63,701 nucleotides of DNA, filler included, from Salisapilia sapeloensis CBS 127946 (GCA_023334545.1; 16 parts of 16 records of this genome joined end to end with filler, not necessarily neighbours in it), one strand, 5' to 3'. Shown: positions 12,006-23,871, counted from the whole stretch's first letter. Notes: generated by a model from the letters alone, not told the origin. Numbers and translations: made by a program.

Positions 12006-13576
12006 CACTGGAAAGTTGGTTCTAGCGTGCAAATTTGGGAATGTCACGAAGGCTTGCTATGAATCCCTTGATGGAGACGATACTGCGGGAAACGATTCTG
12101 GCGTGCGGAGTGGGCCGCCCTCTGTACTGTTTGAGTTGCCTCATGCTAGGTGCTATGTCATACTCGAGATAAAAGCAAAACTATAGCGAAAAGATTTAGA
12201 GGTCTAATCACAATGTTATTCTGTACCTACTTAAACAGCACCGGGGCAAATGATGTCGGTTGTTGTTAAAATAATATAGCATTGCTGAACTTGGCTTGAC
12301 TACTTTGCATCTACATTTGCGACCCAAATTGAGTCGAAAAAACGCAGAAGTTTATGCAAATGATGTCGGTGAACTCCAAGAAAATTGGGTTATAGATACT
12401 ATCGACAATGATGGAAGGTGGAGAGCAAAAGGCATCATACTGTGCCGGTCACTCGACGCTCTCCTCTTTTGTCATTGTTCGTGTCTTACTATTCAGAAAA
12501 CAAGATCAAATCCCACTCTTTCCGAACTCTTAAGAGTATTAGAAGCAGTTATGTCAGATTGTTTAGACTAATGGGGTACGAGCGTTGCTTGTCCTACATG
12601 GTCAACTATTTTATTGCACTGAAAGGACCTACTCTTCAGTCTTTATCGTGTAGTTAGCTCTTTTGTGCCCAATTTGTGAGCATACTAAACACCACCCTAT
12701 GCATACTGGTAGTCCGTTGGTCCCATTGGTATCCTCGCCTAAAACTTAGTGGATTTTTCAACTTCAAGCTTATTGTCGCTTATAGATATGCTGTCAGTAG
12801 TTAAAAGCTTAATTCGACGTACTACGAGTACCCTGGCCTTAGTTTTAAGATCGATCCGAAAATATTGCATTACTGGTCATCTGGTGAAAGCTACCATTTT
12901 GTACTCCCATTTTGTCATTTGACCTTGACTTCATTTCCCTCGGAAGTTACATAGACGGTTGCGGTCATAGAGCACGAGACCACGAAGGGATCGGCAGGAT
13001 ATAAATCGTTTACTTGTCGACTAGACCAGCCATCTCTACCGGTTACTGCTGAAATGAGCCGTGTTTTTACTACCCCGAATAGTACAAAATACCCACATTT
13101 AAAGGAGAGCACCAGTTAGGCGGTACGACGAGACACTGTTTGCTTCTCGTCTGCTCTCATCATCCATAATACACTATATAACCAATTTTCCTGCAATCTA
13201 CCGGTATTATTTGTATGATCTTTAGAAAATCCGACTCGTTTTGACCGGTTTAAAAGTAGATATAAAATATGATAACCAACTCCAAAAGCGCTGTGTTCGC
13301 ATCAACACGGAGAGACATTGTTTGCCAAGATACTGTAAAAGCAGATACTGTATAAGTTTGTGATTGGACTTTTACAAGGCTACGATTTGTAGGTGCAATG
13401 ACCATTTGTGACCGAGATACGTTACCGTACCAAGCGAAAAGTAGACCACATGCAACAAAAAGGACGATCTATGAAGTACGTCAGACATGATGCCCGTCGT
13501 ATCGTCTCCATCAAGGGATTCATAGCAAGCCTTCGTGACATTCCCAAATTTGCACGCTAGAACCAACTTTCCAGTG

Positions 13577-13872
13577 ATGACCACAAAGTGGAGTGCAGAC
13601 GCATATGGCGGCTTCAACCTCTCGGATGCGAAAAAAGCTGATTGCAAGCGTATCGCCATGATACTCGTACACGAAGCACTCAGACACTATCAAAAGTTCG
13701 ATCGTTCGGTACCTCGGGAATTGGATAACAAACGTTGGAAGCCAATCAAGACATCGAATAATGTGACCATGTACCGTGAACGACACCCATCTCGGCGCGT
13801 GGTGAAAGATTCCTACACCGATAGTGCGGGATGGCAAATGCCTCGAATCATCGTCGGCAATGGGACGATCTC
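13577..13872 (+). CDS. START-FYVE family protein, 5' portion (truncated); right member of the head-to-head pair
   Basis: MTTKWSADAYGGFNLSDAKKADCKRIAMILVHEALRHYQKF...GNGTI, open to the contig end. Confidence 0.85.
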
Positions 13873-14605
13873 NNNNNNNNNNNNNNNNNNNNNNNNNNNN
13901 NNNNNNNNNNNNNNNNTTAATTAATTAANNNNNNNNNNNNNNNNNNNNNNNNNNNNNNNNNNNNNNNNNNNNAGTCGGCCACCAAAATTTGTGTTCTCCA
14001 AACTCCCAATTGTGGCATCTATGGATAGAGCATGCTCGAAAGTATGTAGTGGACAGGTCTAGAGTGTCTACAAGTCATTCCTTCACCTCAAAAAGGATCC
14101 GAGTATGTCTACGCCTATTCAAGGTACATCGCGTACTGGACGACTCGATTGCTGTCCGAGATTGCCATGCGTGTACAGCTATAGTACTGAGATATTCGAT
14201 AGCTGTATCGTTTTATGAAATATTCTCTTCGTAGAAATGATTAAAAATTAATTGTTAATCATTCATAAGTTAGGAATCAAACAAACTTCTCCAAGTACGT
14301 TTTGGTCCAACCTGACCGGGCCTAGTAGCGGCTAGACCAGGTAGTATCGATTAATAAATGATAATGTCTTTGCATCAACCTAAAGTTTTGATGATTAATC
14401 GAACGCAATTCTTCGTCATTGGGACATCACAAGATTGGTCTAGCACCACTCGATACCATCAATAACAATCTATGCATCATCTTGAGATCGTTCTTTGCTT
14501 GGAATACACCCTTTTGTACATTTTTATTCAGGAATCTGCCTCCTTCAGTGGCAGTAATCTACGAAAGCTAAGAGACAAGCACGAACGGTTTGGAAACCTG
14601 TAGAT

Positions 14606-15230
14606 ATGGCACATCATATTGACGAGCTTGCTGGTAAGATCCGCAGCCATCTCCCGGTTGCACAGGAATCTGTAGATGGTGACGGGGTGGTATATTCGTA
14701 TACGAGCCTCCTAGCACTTGGAAAAGGTCTACTTCGAGAAGGAGGTCAACAAGGACGTGATGCGTTAGCGAGCATGTCTGCAATGCCGAGAGAACTTCGG
14801 GATATACTGCTGTCTGAAAGCAAAAGACCCTTGTATCGGATTTCCACAACGGATCTACTCCAATATCATCTTACGGCTCATCAATACTACGATACCGACC
14901 AAGTTCAAGAAGGAGGACTCCATGCGATGGTACACGACGTGAAAACGCAACCGCACTTGTTGTGGTTTATAACCGTATCTTACGACGGGTATCTGATGTT
15001 CAAGAATGTGAAGGACAATCAAGTGACCGATCAAGTCCTCCGGGGCGTCAAATCGTCCACACTGACGCACGCTGTCGTTACCTCAGACACATTCGACGAT
15101 TCGTGCAAGTGGGAGGTCTGTGTCTCGAGTAAACCACCTACCAATGTCGGCGACGTCCAAAGCATCTTCCATTTGAAGCTGAAGACGAACGATTCGCGAG
15201 CTTTTCTATCGGCTGATCCCAATCGCCTTC
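14606..15230 (+). CDS. Hypothetical protein (3' truncated): helical N-terminus followed by possible beta-trefoil repeats
   Basis: 208 codons open to the contig end; repeated aromatic strand motifs (LYRIS...LWFIT / GYLMFKN...KWEVC / IFHLKL...FLSAD). Confidence 0.6.
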
Positions 15231-15330
15231 NNNNNNNNNNNNNNNNNNNNNNNNNNNNNNNNNNNNNNNNNNNNTTAATTAATTAANNNNNNNNNNNNNN
15301 NNNNNNNNNNNNNNNNNNNNNNNNNNNNNN

Positions 15331-15386
15331 TCTGCGGCGGCCGTAGCGGCGAGCATCATGCTAGCGACGTAGAAGGCAGAGCGCAT
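15331..15386 (-). CDS. 5' end (signal peptide) of a secreted protein, left copy
   Basis: ATG at 15386 gives MRSAFYVASMMLAATAAA, running off the contig; mirror image of 16557-16612. Confidence 0.6.
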
Positions 15387-16556
15387 TTTCGACCGGTTCA
15401 AAAGTTGGAGCTTGTGCGTTCGAGCGTGGATTGAGAAGTGGGCATGATGGTAACTTGGAGAGATGCCGAAGATTTACTTTGAATTTGTCTGGACTGGCAA
15501 TGCAATAGCGTGCGTTGCTGACGCAATGATCGTAAGGTGGCTATGTCTGAACACAATGCTGCTGCTTTCCTATGTAGTACGTGGTTTACAGTAACGGTGG
15601 TGCTATGAGATGATTGTGCAGAATCAGGCTTGGCGGCTGCAAGGTGGAAGTTGTAGACGATCAGCATTTTAGACGTGTGTTGTCGTTATACTTTGTAAAG
15701 TCTGTTTGGTCTCATCGCTGATATAAATACCAAGAGCTACCTCTTCTTCAAAGATAATCGTCGCATGACCAGTTAATAAAAAATAATCGTCAGCTTGGCT
15801 GCATATCTCGTATTCGTTACCACTACCGAAAGCGCTGTCGACGCATAAGCATCGTTCCACTACCGCTTTGACGTGGGTTTTCCATCAAAGCAAAATACAA
15901 GCTTGCACTTAGTCCCACACTTCGTACTTGGAAACCCATTAAACAAAGTATTGATGCTAACGTCAGTCGATAGCAGCAAATCTCCAAGACAAAGGCCAAG
16001 GTAGAAGCCCGTCGAGCAATCCCAGCGGACATCTGCATGGATAGTTTACCCTTCACGCATCCAATGAGCATGTACAAATTTCTCTTAGGACAGCTTTTTG
16101 TAATTTTTACTCGTAGTCATGCCGTATATTTAAGGCGCCATCTCAGATGAAAGGCTCACGACTATGAGAGCGAATGGACCTGCCAATCTGTCACTGATTT
16201 TGCTCGACGCTAGTTGCAATATAGCAAGCTGCATACATCTATGACACAAAGTGGTAGCTTTGGAGATACAAGCGCACTTGACAATTGTCATACGTGCCCT
16301 GATACCAACCTCCTAATCATTCCTCTACACCGTACAGAGGAAGGCTTCTGTACGCAGAGTCTAAAAAATCATCAGACCTTCCATAGTGAGACAGTTCACG
16401 ACGCATGCACGTCTTTCCAGCCAACATAACTAATCCTACAAGATACAGTTCTATCCTCAGACATGGCAACACTTCGGCATCTCTCCAAGTTACCATCATG
16501 CCCACTTCTCAATCCACGCTCGAACGCACAAGCTCCAACTTTTGAACCGGTCGAAA

Positions 16557-16612
16557 ATGCGCTCTGCCTTCTACGTCGCTAGCATGATGCTCGCCGCTAC
16601 GGCCGCCGCAGA
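16557..16612 (+). CDS. 5' end (signal peptide) of a secreted protein, right copy
   Basis: AAAATG start, MRSAFYVASMMLAATAAA(D/E): basic n-region, hydrophobic core, Ala-x-Ala cleavage site; INR-like CCACTTC at 16502-16508. Confidence 0.6.
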
Positions 16613-17149
16613 NNNNNNNNNNNNNNNNNNNNNNNNNNNNNNNNNNNNNNNNNNNNTTAATTAATTAANNNNNNNNNNNNNNNNNNNNNNNNNNNNNNNN
16701 NNNNNNNNNNNNAAACCGTACCAGCCTCGCTCTAGCTATCCTTTGTTTTGGTTGTGGTCGGATAACCATCACAAGGAATTCTGAAGTATGAAAAGCCATG
16801 CAGCCGTCGAATGCGTAGTGATAACCCAGAGATACTCTCCTAGATAAATGAGCTTGACCAATGCATTTATTGCACCGCGCTCACGCCATAGTCGCTGCGT
16901 TTAGAGGTGCCGTTTGCAATCGAGTGGATTATATACATATATATATATGTGTGTGTGTGATACTGCACGGTGCGTGGACAGACAGTGGTCGTGACACGAC
17001 GACAGAAAAGTAGTTTGGACACGAGACGCGCGACCACAACCTCGTAAATAGAACCATGGACCTGTTCGGCGCAGTAGCAGCCTCTGACACGCGTAACGCA
17101 TGTCAGTCCGGAAATTTCGGCCGTGGCATGGAGCAATCCTTTCGTGTCG

Positions 17150-17197
17150 CTTTGAGCTTTGAGCTTTGAGCTTTGGGCTTTGGGCTTTGAGCTTTAG
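17150..17197 (+). repeat. Tandem heptamer (CTTTGAG/CTTTGGG) x6 plus a partial unit
   Basis: Read directly: CTTTGAG x3, CTTTGGG x2, CTTTGAG, CTTTAG. Confidence 0.9.
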
Positions 17198-18127
17198 TAG
17201 AAGAAGGCGCGAGACATGTATCCCTTCTGCCGCTGCTGGTCTAGGCCGAACGAGAAGAACGGGTCGAGCGAGACGAATGGGCCGATGAATGGATCTCGCT
17301 CTGTCGTCGGATCGCAAGTGAGACGAGCGAGGTTTGAACTTTGCGTTCCGACGTGGAGACGGTCAAGTGGCTGTACCAAGTTAAAAGTGCTTTTTACATT
17401 ATTCATGATTGACTAGTCATTGCGCCGTGTCTGGTGGATACAAGCAGCGTAGACGTCGACAGAGGTGCATCACGGTCGAGAACCCGGGGATAGCGGCAGG
17501 ACGTAGCAGGTGCGAGCCAGCACATCTGCGAGCGCGTATAGCCGGGAGAAGTAGCTTAGCAGCAGAATGCTTCGACGCGAGTGGCGGGCTGCCCGAGCTG
17601 CCCGAGTCGTTCCGGAGAGGAACATTAGTACACTTCGACATGCGAACAGGTCCGTAGAACAGCTCGGCCGGCTGTTGGCATGATCTAGACAGCGGAGTGA
17701 CAGGCAGAGGAGGCTCCTGTCCGGCAGGTATCCTCTCGAAGGCAATCTTATGAACACGCAGACATCCGATCTAGAATTACAGCCCAACGGCACGTACGCC
17801 ACGCTTTGCCTTTCCATCTATCCTTCCGAAGGCCCTCTTCCGCCGTGACAATGTATCGAAACACGGACCAGCCACTGCACTCGGCCGCCGTATGCACGAA
17901 CGAACGGGCCGCGTGACCTCCATACAGACGCATGGTCTCCTGAGACACTCTAGGTACATGCATACCCTCGACCGTTCCCAATCGCACCCTTCTCTTGGCA
18001 ACAGTCCGGAAACAGACCGCTTCCAGCGAATTCGATTTGAGCGGCGAAATGCAAGAGCGACCATATATTTTTTCACCCCCTCTCGCTCCTCGTACCCGTT
18101 CCTTCCTAAACATCGTTGAACGTTGTC

Positions 18128-20374
18128 ATGACCGAGCGCAGAGCCCGCGCGGCCGCAGCGACACATGCCAACAGCGGACACAGTAGCGATCAGAGCGCGG
18201 CGTCGTCCACGTCTCCGCCGCAGGGCGACGGGTCGACGTCGCACTCGACCATGCCGTCCAACGGCAGCAACAGCACCAACGACTTGAACTCGTCCACGAA
18301 TCCGTCGAGCGAAGGCGGCGGGAGTGCGCGCAGTCAGAGTTCCCACAGTTCGCCAGACACCTCGCCCATCGAGTCGCAGAAATCTTCCAACGCGTCCGAC
18401 CGGGACCTGGACGCGCTGGCCGACGCAGCTTCCCGCCAGAACGCGCTTGGCGAGACCGGGTACACGGACGAACGCACGCGGACGGCGACGAGGAGCAGTT
18501 CATCGGACGACCAGGGCAGCGACTTTAGTGGCGGGCAGGCAGACTTGACGCAGTACAACAACGGAGACGCTTTGTTGGCGCTCGGACGACACGCTGCGCC
18601 TTTGCGCCGACTGGACAAGAAAGCAGGGAAGCGGAAGAAGGGCGGCCAGAAGGAGGGCGAGAGCAGCGAGAGCCCGACGAGAGCTCGTCGAGCCATCGTC
18701 TGGTTCCGGAGAGACTTGAGGCTGCACGACAACCTGGCGCTGCATGCAGCTCTCCAAGAGTCGGGCATGGCCGTGCTGCCGGTGTACATCATCCACAAGC
18801 CGGAGCACAAGAAGTGTGGGCCGACCCGCTTCCAGTTTCTGCTGGAGTGTCTGCGGGACCTGAAGAAGGCGCTGGAGCAGCGTGGGTCCCAGCTCCTGGT
18901 TTTGCGTGGCGAAGCGCTAGACGTGCTGAGCGCAGTGATCCCTGCGTGGGACGTGACGCACTTGTACTACCAGGAGATGGTGATGCCGCACGCCAAGGCG
19001 CGGGACGAAAAGGTGCAGGCTATGTGCCGCAAGCACCACGTCCGCGTGCGCGTGCACCGAGGCGCGACGCTCTTCGAGCCGCAGACGATCCTCGAGATGA
19101 ACGAGCAGAAGCCTCCGATCAACTTTTCCGAGTTTCTCAAGCTGATCGAGGAGCTGCCGCAGCCGCCTCTGCCGGTGTCGACGCCAGCCAAGGTCCAAGG
19201 CTTCCGTCCGGCCCGGAAGGTCCTGTACAACCAGCTGGAGAGCTACGGCAAGCGGCACTCGGAGGTCAAAGTGCGGCAGATAGCCGGGTCTCGGACGCAC
19301 ATGTTCGACGTGCCGACGCTGGAGCTCTTCGGCATGGAGGAGCCGGATCCCCATTCGTTCCTGTACGGAGGCGAGTCGGTGGCTCTGCGCCTGCTGAACG
19401 AGTTTTGCGAGGACGAGGACCGCGTGGGGCGTTTCCAGAAGCCTCTGACGTCCCCCACGACGCTGGACCGGCCGTCCACGACCGCCCTGAGCCCGTACGT
19501 GGCGTTCGGCAGTCTGAGTCCGCGCGAGTTCTTCTACCGCGTCATGTTCATCCAGCTCAAGTTCGCCGGGCAGCAGGGTCCGCCCGAGTTCACGCTGGAC
19601 GGGCAGCTCATGTGGCGCGAGTTCTTCTACACGTTCGCCGTCGGGACGCCGCACTTTGACTCGCACGAGAAGAACGAGCTGTGCGCGCCGATCGACTGGA
19701 AACTGCAGGGCAGTCCAAAGGACCCGCAGGAGGCCGAGCACCCAGACACGAAGCAGGCGCTGCTACAGCTGGAGCGGTGGAAGACGGGTCGGACGGGGTA
19801 CCCGTGGATCGACGCCGTAATGCGGCAGATCGAGCAGGAGGGCTGGGCGCACCACCTTGGGCGCCACGCCGTGGCGTGCTTCCTGACGAGAGGCGACCTG
19901 TACATTTCGTGGGAGCGCGGATCCGAGTTCTTCCAGGAGAAGCTGATCGACATGGACTGGCCGATCAACGTCGGGAACTGGCTGTGGGTGAGCTCGAGCT
20001 GCTTCTTCGCGGACATCCACTCGGTGCACTCTCCGTCGCTCTTCATCCAGCAGTGGGACCCGCAGGGCAAGTTCATCCGCAAGTACGTTCCGCAGCTGGC
20101 GGCCATGCCCACCGAGTACATCTTCGAGCCGTGGAAGGCGCCGCTGGCCGTCCAGAGAGACGCCGGGTGTCTCGTGGGCAAAGACTACCCGTTCCCGATC
20201 GTGGACCACCGGCGCGCCTTGAAGAAGTGCATCGAGGGCCTCAAGCGCGTGCACGCCGGCAAGTCCAAGTCGCCCGTGGCGAGCGACGCGAGCAACACGA
20301 GCAACACGAGCAACACGTCGGGTAGCAAGACGAGCTCCAACTCCGGCTCGAGCCGGTCGTCCTCTAGCGAGTAG
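18128..20374 (+). CDS. (6-4) photolyase / animal-like cryptochrome family flavoprotein with long Ser-rich N-terminal extension
   Basis: WFRRDLRLHDN, GGESVAL, TTALSPY, QLMWREFFY, WKTGRTGYPWIDAVMRQ, GWAHHLGRHAVACFLTRGDL and DWPINVGNW motifs; first ATG at 18128 (the ORF track starts at TTG 18116). Confidence 0.95.
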   Translation: MTERRARAAAATHANSGHSSDQSAASSTSPPQGDGSTSHSTMPSNGSNSTNDLNSSTNPSSEGGGSARSQSSHSSPDTSPIESQKSSNASDRDLDALADAASRQNALGETGYTDERTRTATRSSSSDDQGSDFSGGQADLTQYNNGDALLALGRHAAPLRRLDKKAGKRKKGGQKEGESSESPTRARRAIVWFRRDLRLHDNLALHAALQESGMAVLPVYIIHKPEHKKCGPTRFQFLLECLRDLKKALEQRGSQLLVLRGEALDVLSAVIPAWDVTHLYYQEMVMPHAKARDEKVQAMCRKHHVRVRVHRGATLFEPQTILEMNEQKPPINFSEFLKLIEELPQPPLPVSTPAKVQGFRPARKVLYNQLESYGKRHSEVKVRQIAGSRTHMFDVPTLELFGMEEPDPHSFLYGGESVALRLLNEFCEDEDRVGRFQKPLTSPTTLDRPSTTALSPYVAFGSLSPREFFYRVMFIQLKFAGQQGPPEFTLDGQLMWREFFYTFAVGTPHFDSHEKNELCAPIDWKLQGSPKDPQEAEHPDTKQALLQLERWKTGRTGYPWIDAVMRQIEQEGWAHHLGRHAVACFLTRGDLYISWERGSEFFQEKLIDMDWPINVGNWLWVSSSCFFADIHSVHSPSLFIQQWDPQGKFIRKYVPQLAAMPTEYIFEPWKAPLAVQRDAGCLVGKDYPFPIVDHRRALKKCIEGLKRVHAGKSKSPVASDASNTSNTSNTSGSKTSSNSGSSRSSSSE

Positions 20375-20468
20375 ATCACGCGTGCATGTACATGTTGGTT
20401 AAGTTATATGAAGTTTCGATTGGCATGGAGAAACGGTCACTTTATTGCATTCGTATAGTTAGGGACAT

Positions 20469-20843
20469 TCACGGGTCGAAGAGCAGGGCTTCAAGCGTCT
20501 TCTGGTCGTCACGACTGAGCACGTCTGGCCTGTGGTCGTCTTCCGGCGGCATGTCCGTCGGTTTCGGTACTCGCAGCTGCTCTAGCATGTCCTTGAGGTC
20601 CCGGATGTGGTCTGACGCGATCTCCACCTCGCTCTGCATGTCGTCGACAATGTCCTGCAGCCGCTGCACTTCTTGCTTGAGGATCACCTTGCGGCCCTGG
20701 CGCTTGGTCTTCCGCCGCTTCAGGTCCTTTGTGGGCGACTGCTGCCAGCAAGATACGCTCGACGCCGGGCTGGCTGGCGGTGCGTCCTCCGAGACTGCAC
20801 GAGGTCGTTTCGAGGCGACGGCGGTGCACGGCGCAGGATCCAT
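20469..20843 (-). CDS. Small bZIP-like protein (basic region plus heptad repeat), 124 aa
   Basis: KRRKTKRQGRK followed by LKQEVQRLQDIVDDMQSEVEIASDHIRDLKDML; GC3-rich; convergent with the cryptochrome gene. Confidence 0.55.
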   Translation of the reverse strand: MDPAPCTAVASKRPRAVSEDAPPASPASSVSCWQQSPTKDLKRRKTKRQGRKVILKQEVQRLQDIVDDMQSEVEIASDHIRDLKDMLEQLRVPKPTDMPPEDDHRPDVLSRDDQKTLEALLFDP

Positions 20844-23800
20844 AATACGGGAGGCGGGCGGATGGGAATAGCGCGGTGTGAATAAGACGCTGGACGGTAG
20901 CTGGCGCGAAGAGCCTCCTAGGACTCACGTTGCGTTTTCGAGAGTGGGCAGCGGCGCTCGCGGTCGCTTCTTGGAATGTCCACCCCCGGCCCTGCCCTGT
21001 TTTTGGTCCGCGCCGGTCGTCTTGGGTCCGCCAAGGCACTCGGCCCCAGTATGCGTTCATATAACAGAGCCGGTCGGTCGGACCGCGAGGACAAGTTATG
21101 TCTATTGGCACCATCTCTGGCACGCCCATCTCGGCACGAACGCGTCGAGTTTAAATGTGGCAGCGTCGTGCTAGTTGCTCACGTGGTACGCCGGCAGTAA
21201 TTGCTCGGGCGAGATGCACGTGAGTCAGTGTTTTATTCACAGCTAGAGCGGCCTGCACGCAGCCGTTGTGTCTATCGGATGACCGCATTCATTGCCGGAC
21301 TCGCAACGGTCCGAACGTGGAAACTTTGTCCGTAGCTCGTCTTGTTGAAGCCCGCGAGTACCCACGTTTGCTTCCATCACGCGGCAATCCTTCCTGGTGG
21401 CAAAGAAACGCGCCGAAACATGCTCGTAAGCACAGTACCTGGCATGCTCGGTGGTTACTCTGGCTGCCTCTTTCGTGCGTAAATTCCGCAAAGAGCTACT
21501 TGACGCTCTATAGTCCGCGATAACCAAAGACGCAATGGGCGAGCAAGCTCCTTGTTCTACTAAATCCTCTAGACTAGAAGCCTAGATCGAACCACCTCTA
21601 GCTACTTTCGATGCACAGCACATCAAAACGAAAGACCAGCAGGGTCTAGGCCACGCGCATCCCAGGATAAGACTGTGGCCTGAAATATCGACCAACGCGC
21701 ACTGAAGCAGCGTAACTGCACCTATGGTACGACGGATGCTCCTTTACATAAGACGGATATATCAGGGATTTCTGCAGCCTGGTTTCCACGAAACTCCACG
21801 CATGGTTTCTGATACCGTACGAGATACCGACACATCATAGACATCATCTTTCNNNNNNNNNNNNNNNNNNNNNNNNNNNNNNNNNNNNNNNNNNNNTTAA
21901 TTAATTAANNNNNNNNNNNNNNNNNNNNNNNNNNNNNNNNNNNNNNNNNNNNCTGCACATCCTTTTACTATAGATACACCTACTTTAGCAGAAAGGACAC
22001 TCAACTTAGCTCATCTAATCTGGATACGAACAACATACCGACACAATCAGTCAACAATAAAAGCAACCTAAACAAGTGACACACCCCGTGACATTTATCT
22101 TACTAAAGTGCAATCTACTCTTTCCCTGGTCTCAATTTGTATCCTCATACAAATTGCTAAAACCTCCTTACATGCAAAGTGGAAGCTAAAGTAATAGAGT
22201 GGTAACTCTGTTACATCGGTTCACTGGTAGTGCTCGATGTTGACCGGCACCGGCGATTACTCATGGTTCTAGCCGATCCATGGCAATCTAGCACTATCCG
22301 GTACTATACTCGCACGTATTGAGCCTCATCGTCCCTATCACCAGCAATCGTCGTGCATACGCCGACTCTTCACTGGATATCCGGGAATACTTCTGGCGCG
22401 GGCCAAATGTGTGCTGGTACATACGGAGGTATCTCCTGGGGCTGCTGGTTAGCGCCATCCGTGGGTATCCTACGTATACCAGTCCGCTCTTGAATAATAT
22501 ACCGTAACCAATTGGCCCATCGTAGATCCTTACATATTCTTGCTGGCACCATTACTGGTAATAGTGGAAATCAGTCGGTAGCTGTATACCAACTGGTAAC
22601 GGCAGCACTTGTTCTCGTCGCAAATTTGCTTGAACATCACCACAGAATCTTGCCTGAACGCACTTGCTCCTCATCTCTGACCACCAGATTAGCCAGTTTA
22701 TCGTGAATGGTAGGCGCTACCCGGTTCGACCTCGTGGCGCAGAAGAGTCCTTTACGCCCTCTATAGTATCTTCTGCCTATTGTCTAAACCTAGCAGAACC
22801 TGCCGAGTCCGTTGCTACGTTCTCCGAGCTAGCCGACAAGGACCCTAAAGCGCCACCACACCACGCTCACTCCGTGTCCGATCCCAACATTTCATCGGTT
22901 TCTTCCGCTCCCATGAACTCGGAAGTCACTCAGGAATCATGAGAGGATGTGAGCATGCCACAGTCTACGACTCAGGTCAAGATGCCGACGCTATAACGCA
23001 CCAATGGTTCCAAGCTCTCGCCTGTAGTTCGTAGCTCATAGTTGTCGTCCCGATCTCAATCTTTCTCATCCCAGAAATAACGATCACGTAACAGCCGCCA
23101 ATCCCAGAGTGCATATCATTCGACGAACAAATCGCATAAGTTATACGACCTGGCCGCGACCATGGCATAGGCCTCGAAGGAGCGCTCTCAGAGCAATCAC
23201 AATGGCTGATCCCGTTGGATCAGCGATCACAACAAACACGATTACAGTCCTGGCCCCGCCATATCGGCTTCACTCGATGCTTGGACGCCCGCACCGGGTC
23301 TATTCGGCAGAAAGTCTCGCGTTGTCTCAACATTGTGGTGATGTGCTTGCCGTTTTTCACTCGGGCGTGTGGTAGCACCCTTTGTGTGCGGATCCAAAGT
23401 GTCTTTGAATCTCGCTCAAAGTACGAGGCTTAGAGAGGGAGGTCCTGGTTAACAGCGACCTTGGATGCAGGCCATAGCATCTAGGAAGTAGGTTGGACCG
23501 AAAGCTTTCATAGCGCAACCGAAATGCGCACCAGGTACGTTATTTACAGTAGTTACCAGCCACTTTTCAGATCGCGGGTTCTTTTATCCTGCTCACCATA
23601 TTCTAGTAACACGACAGGAGCGGATCGGAATCCAGGTGTGACGGAAGTCACATCGATAGCCCTTTCAACGTAAGGCAAACGTTAAACGCGGAGTATAAAA
23701 CTTTGATACTAAAAGTACGGAAGGTGTGGAAGACACTTGTGCTTTAGAAAGCAAAATGAGAACTGATTGTANNNNNNNNNNNNNNNNNNNNNNNNNNNNN

Positions 23801-23871
23801 NNNNNNNNNNNNNNNTTAATTAATTAANNNNNNNNNNNNNNNNNNNNNNNNNNNNNNNNNNNNNNNNNNNN

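Larger units (their letters stand above)
11710..13872. repeat. Inverted duplication: arms 11710-12083 and 13499-13872 around a unique spacer of about 1.4 kb
   Basis: Terminal 141 bp identical (11710-11850 / 13732-13872), then a diverged patch of about 55 bp, then near identity through the ATG and core promoter to 12083/13499. Confidence 0.93.
15331..16612. repeat. Contig bounded by perfect 141-bp inverted repeats (15331-15471 / 16472-16612)
   Basis: Exact reverse-complement match for 141 bp; no similarity seen further in. Confidence 0.95.

Noticed and set aside
18814-20325. Long alternative-frame and antisense ORFs (281, 274, 214, 184 aa) within the cryptochrome
   Set aside because: Ala/Arg/Gly-rich shadow translations expected from GC-rich coding DNA.
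21953-23771. Possible retrotransposon remnant
   Set aside because: No RT, integrase, protease or gag motif found in the frames I translated; left unassigned.
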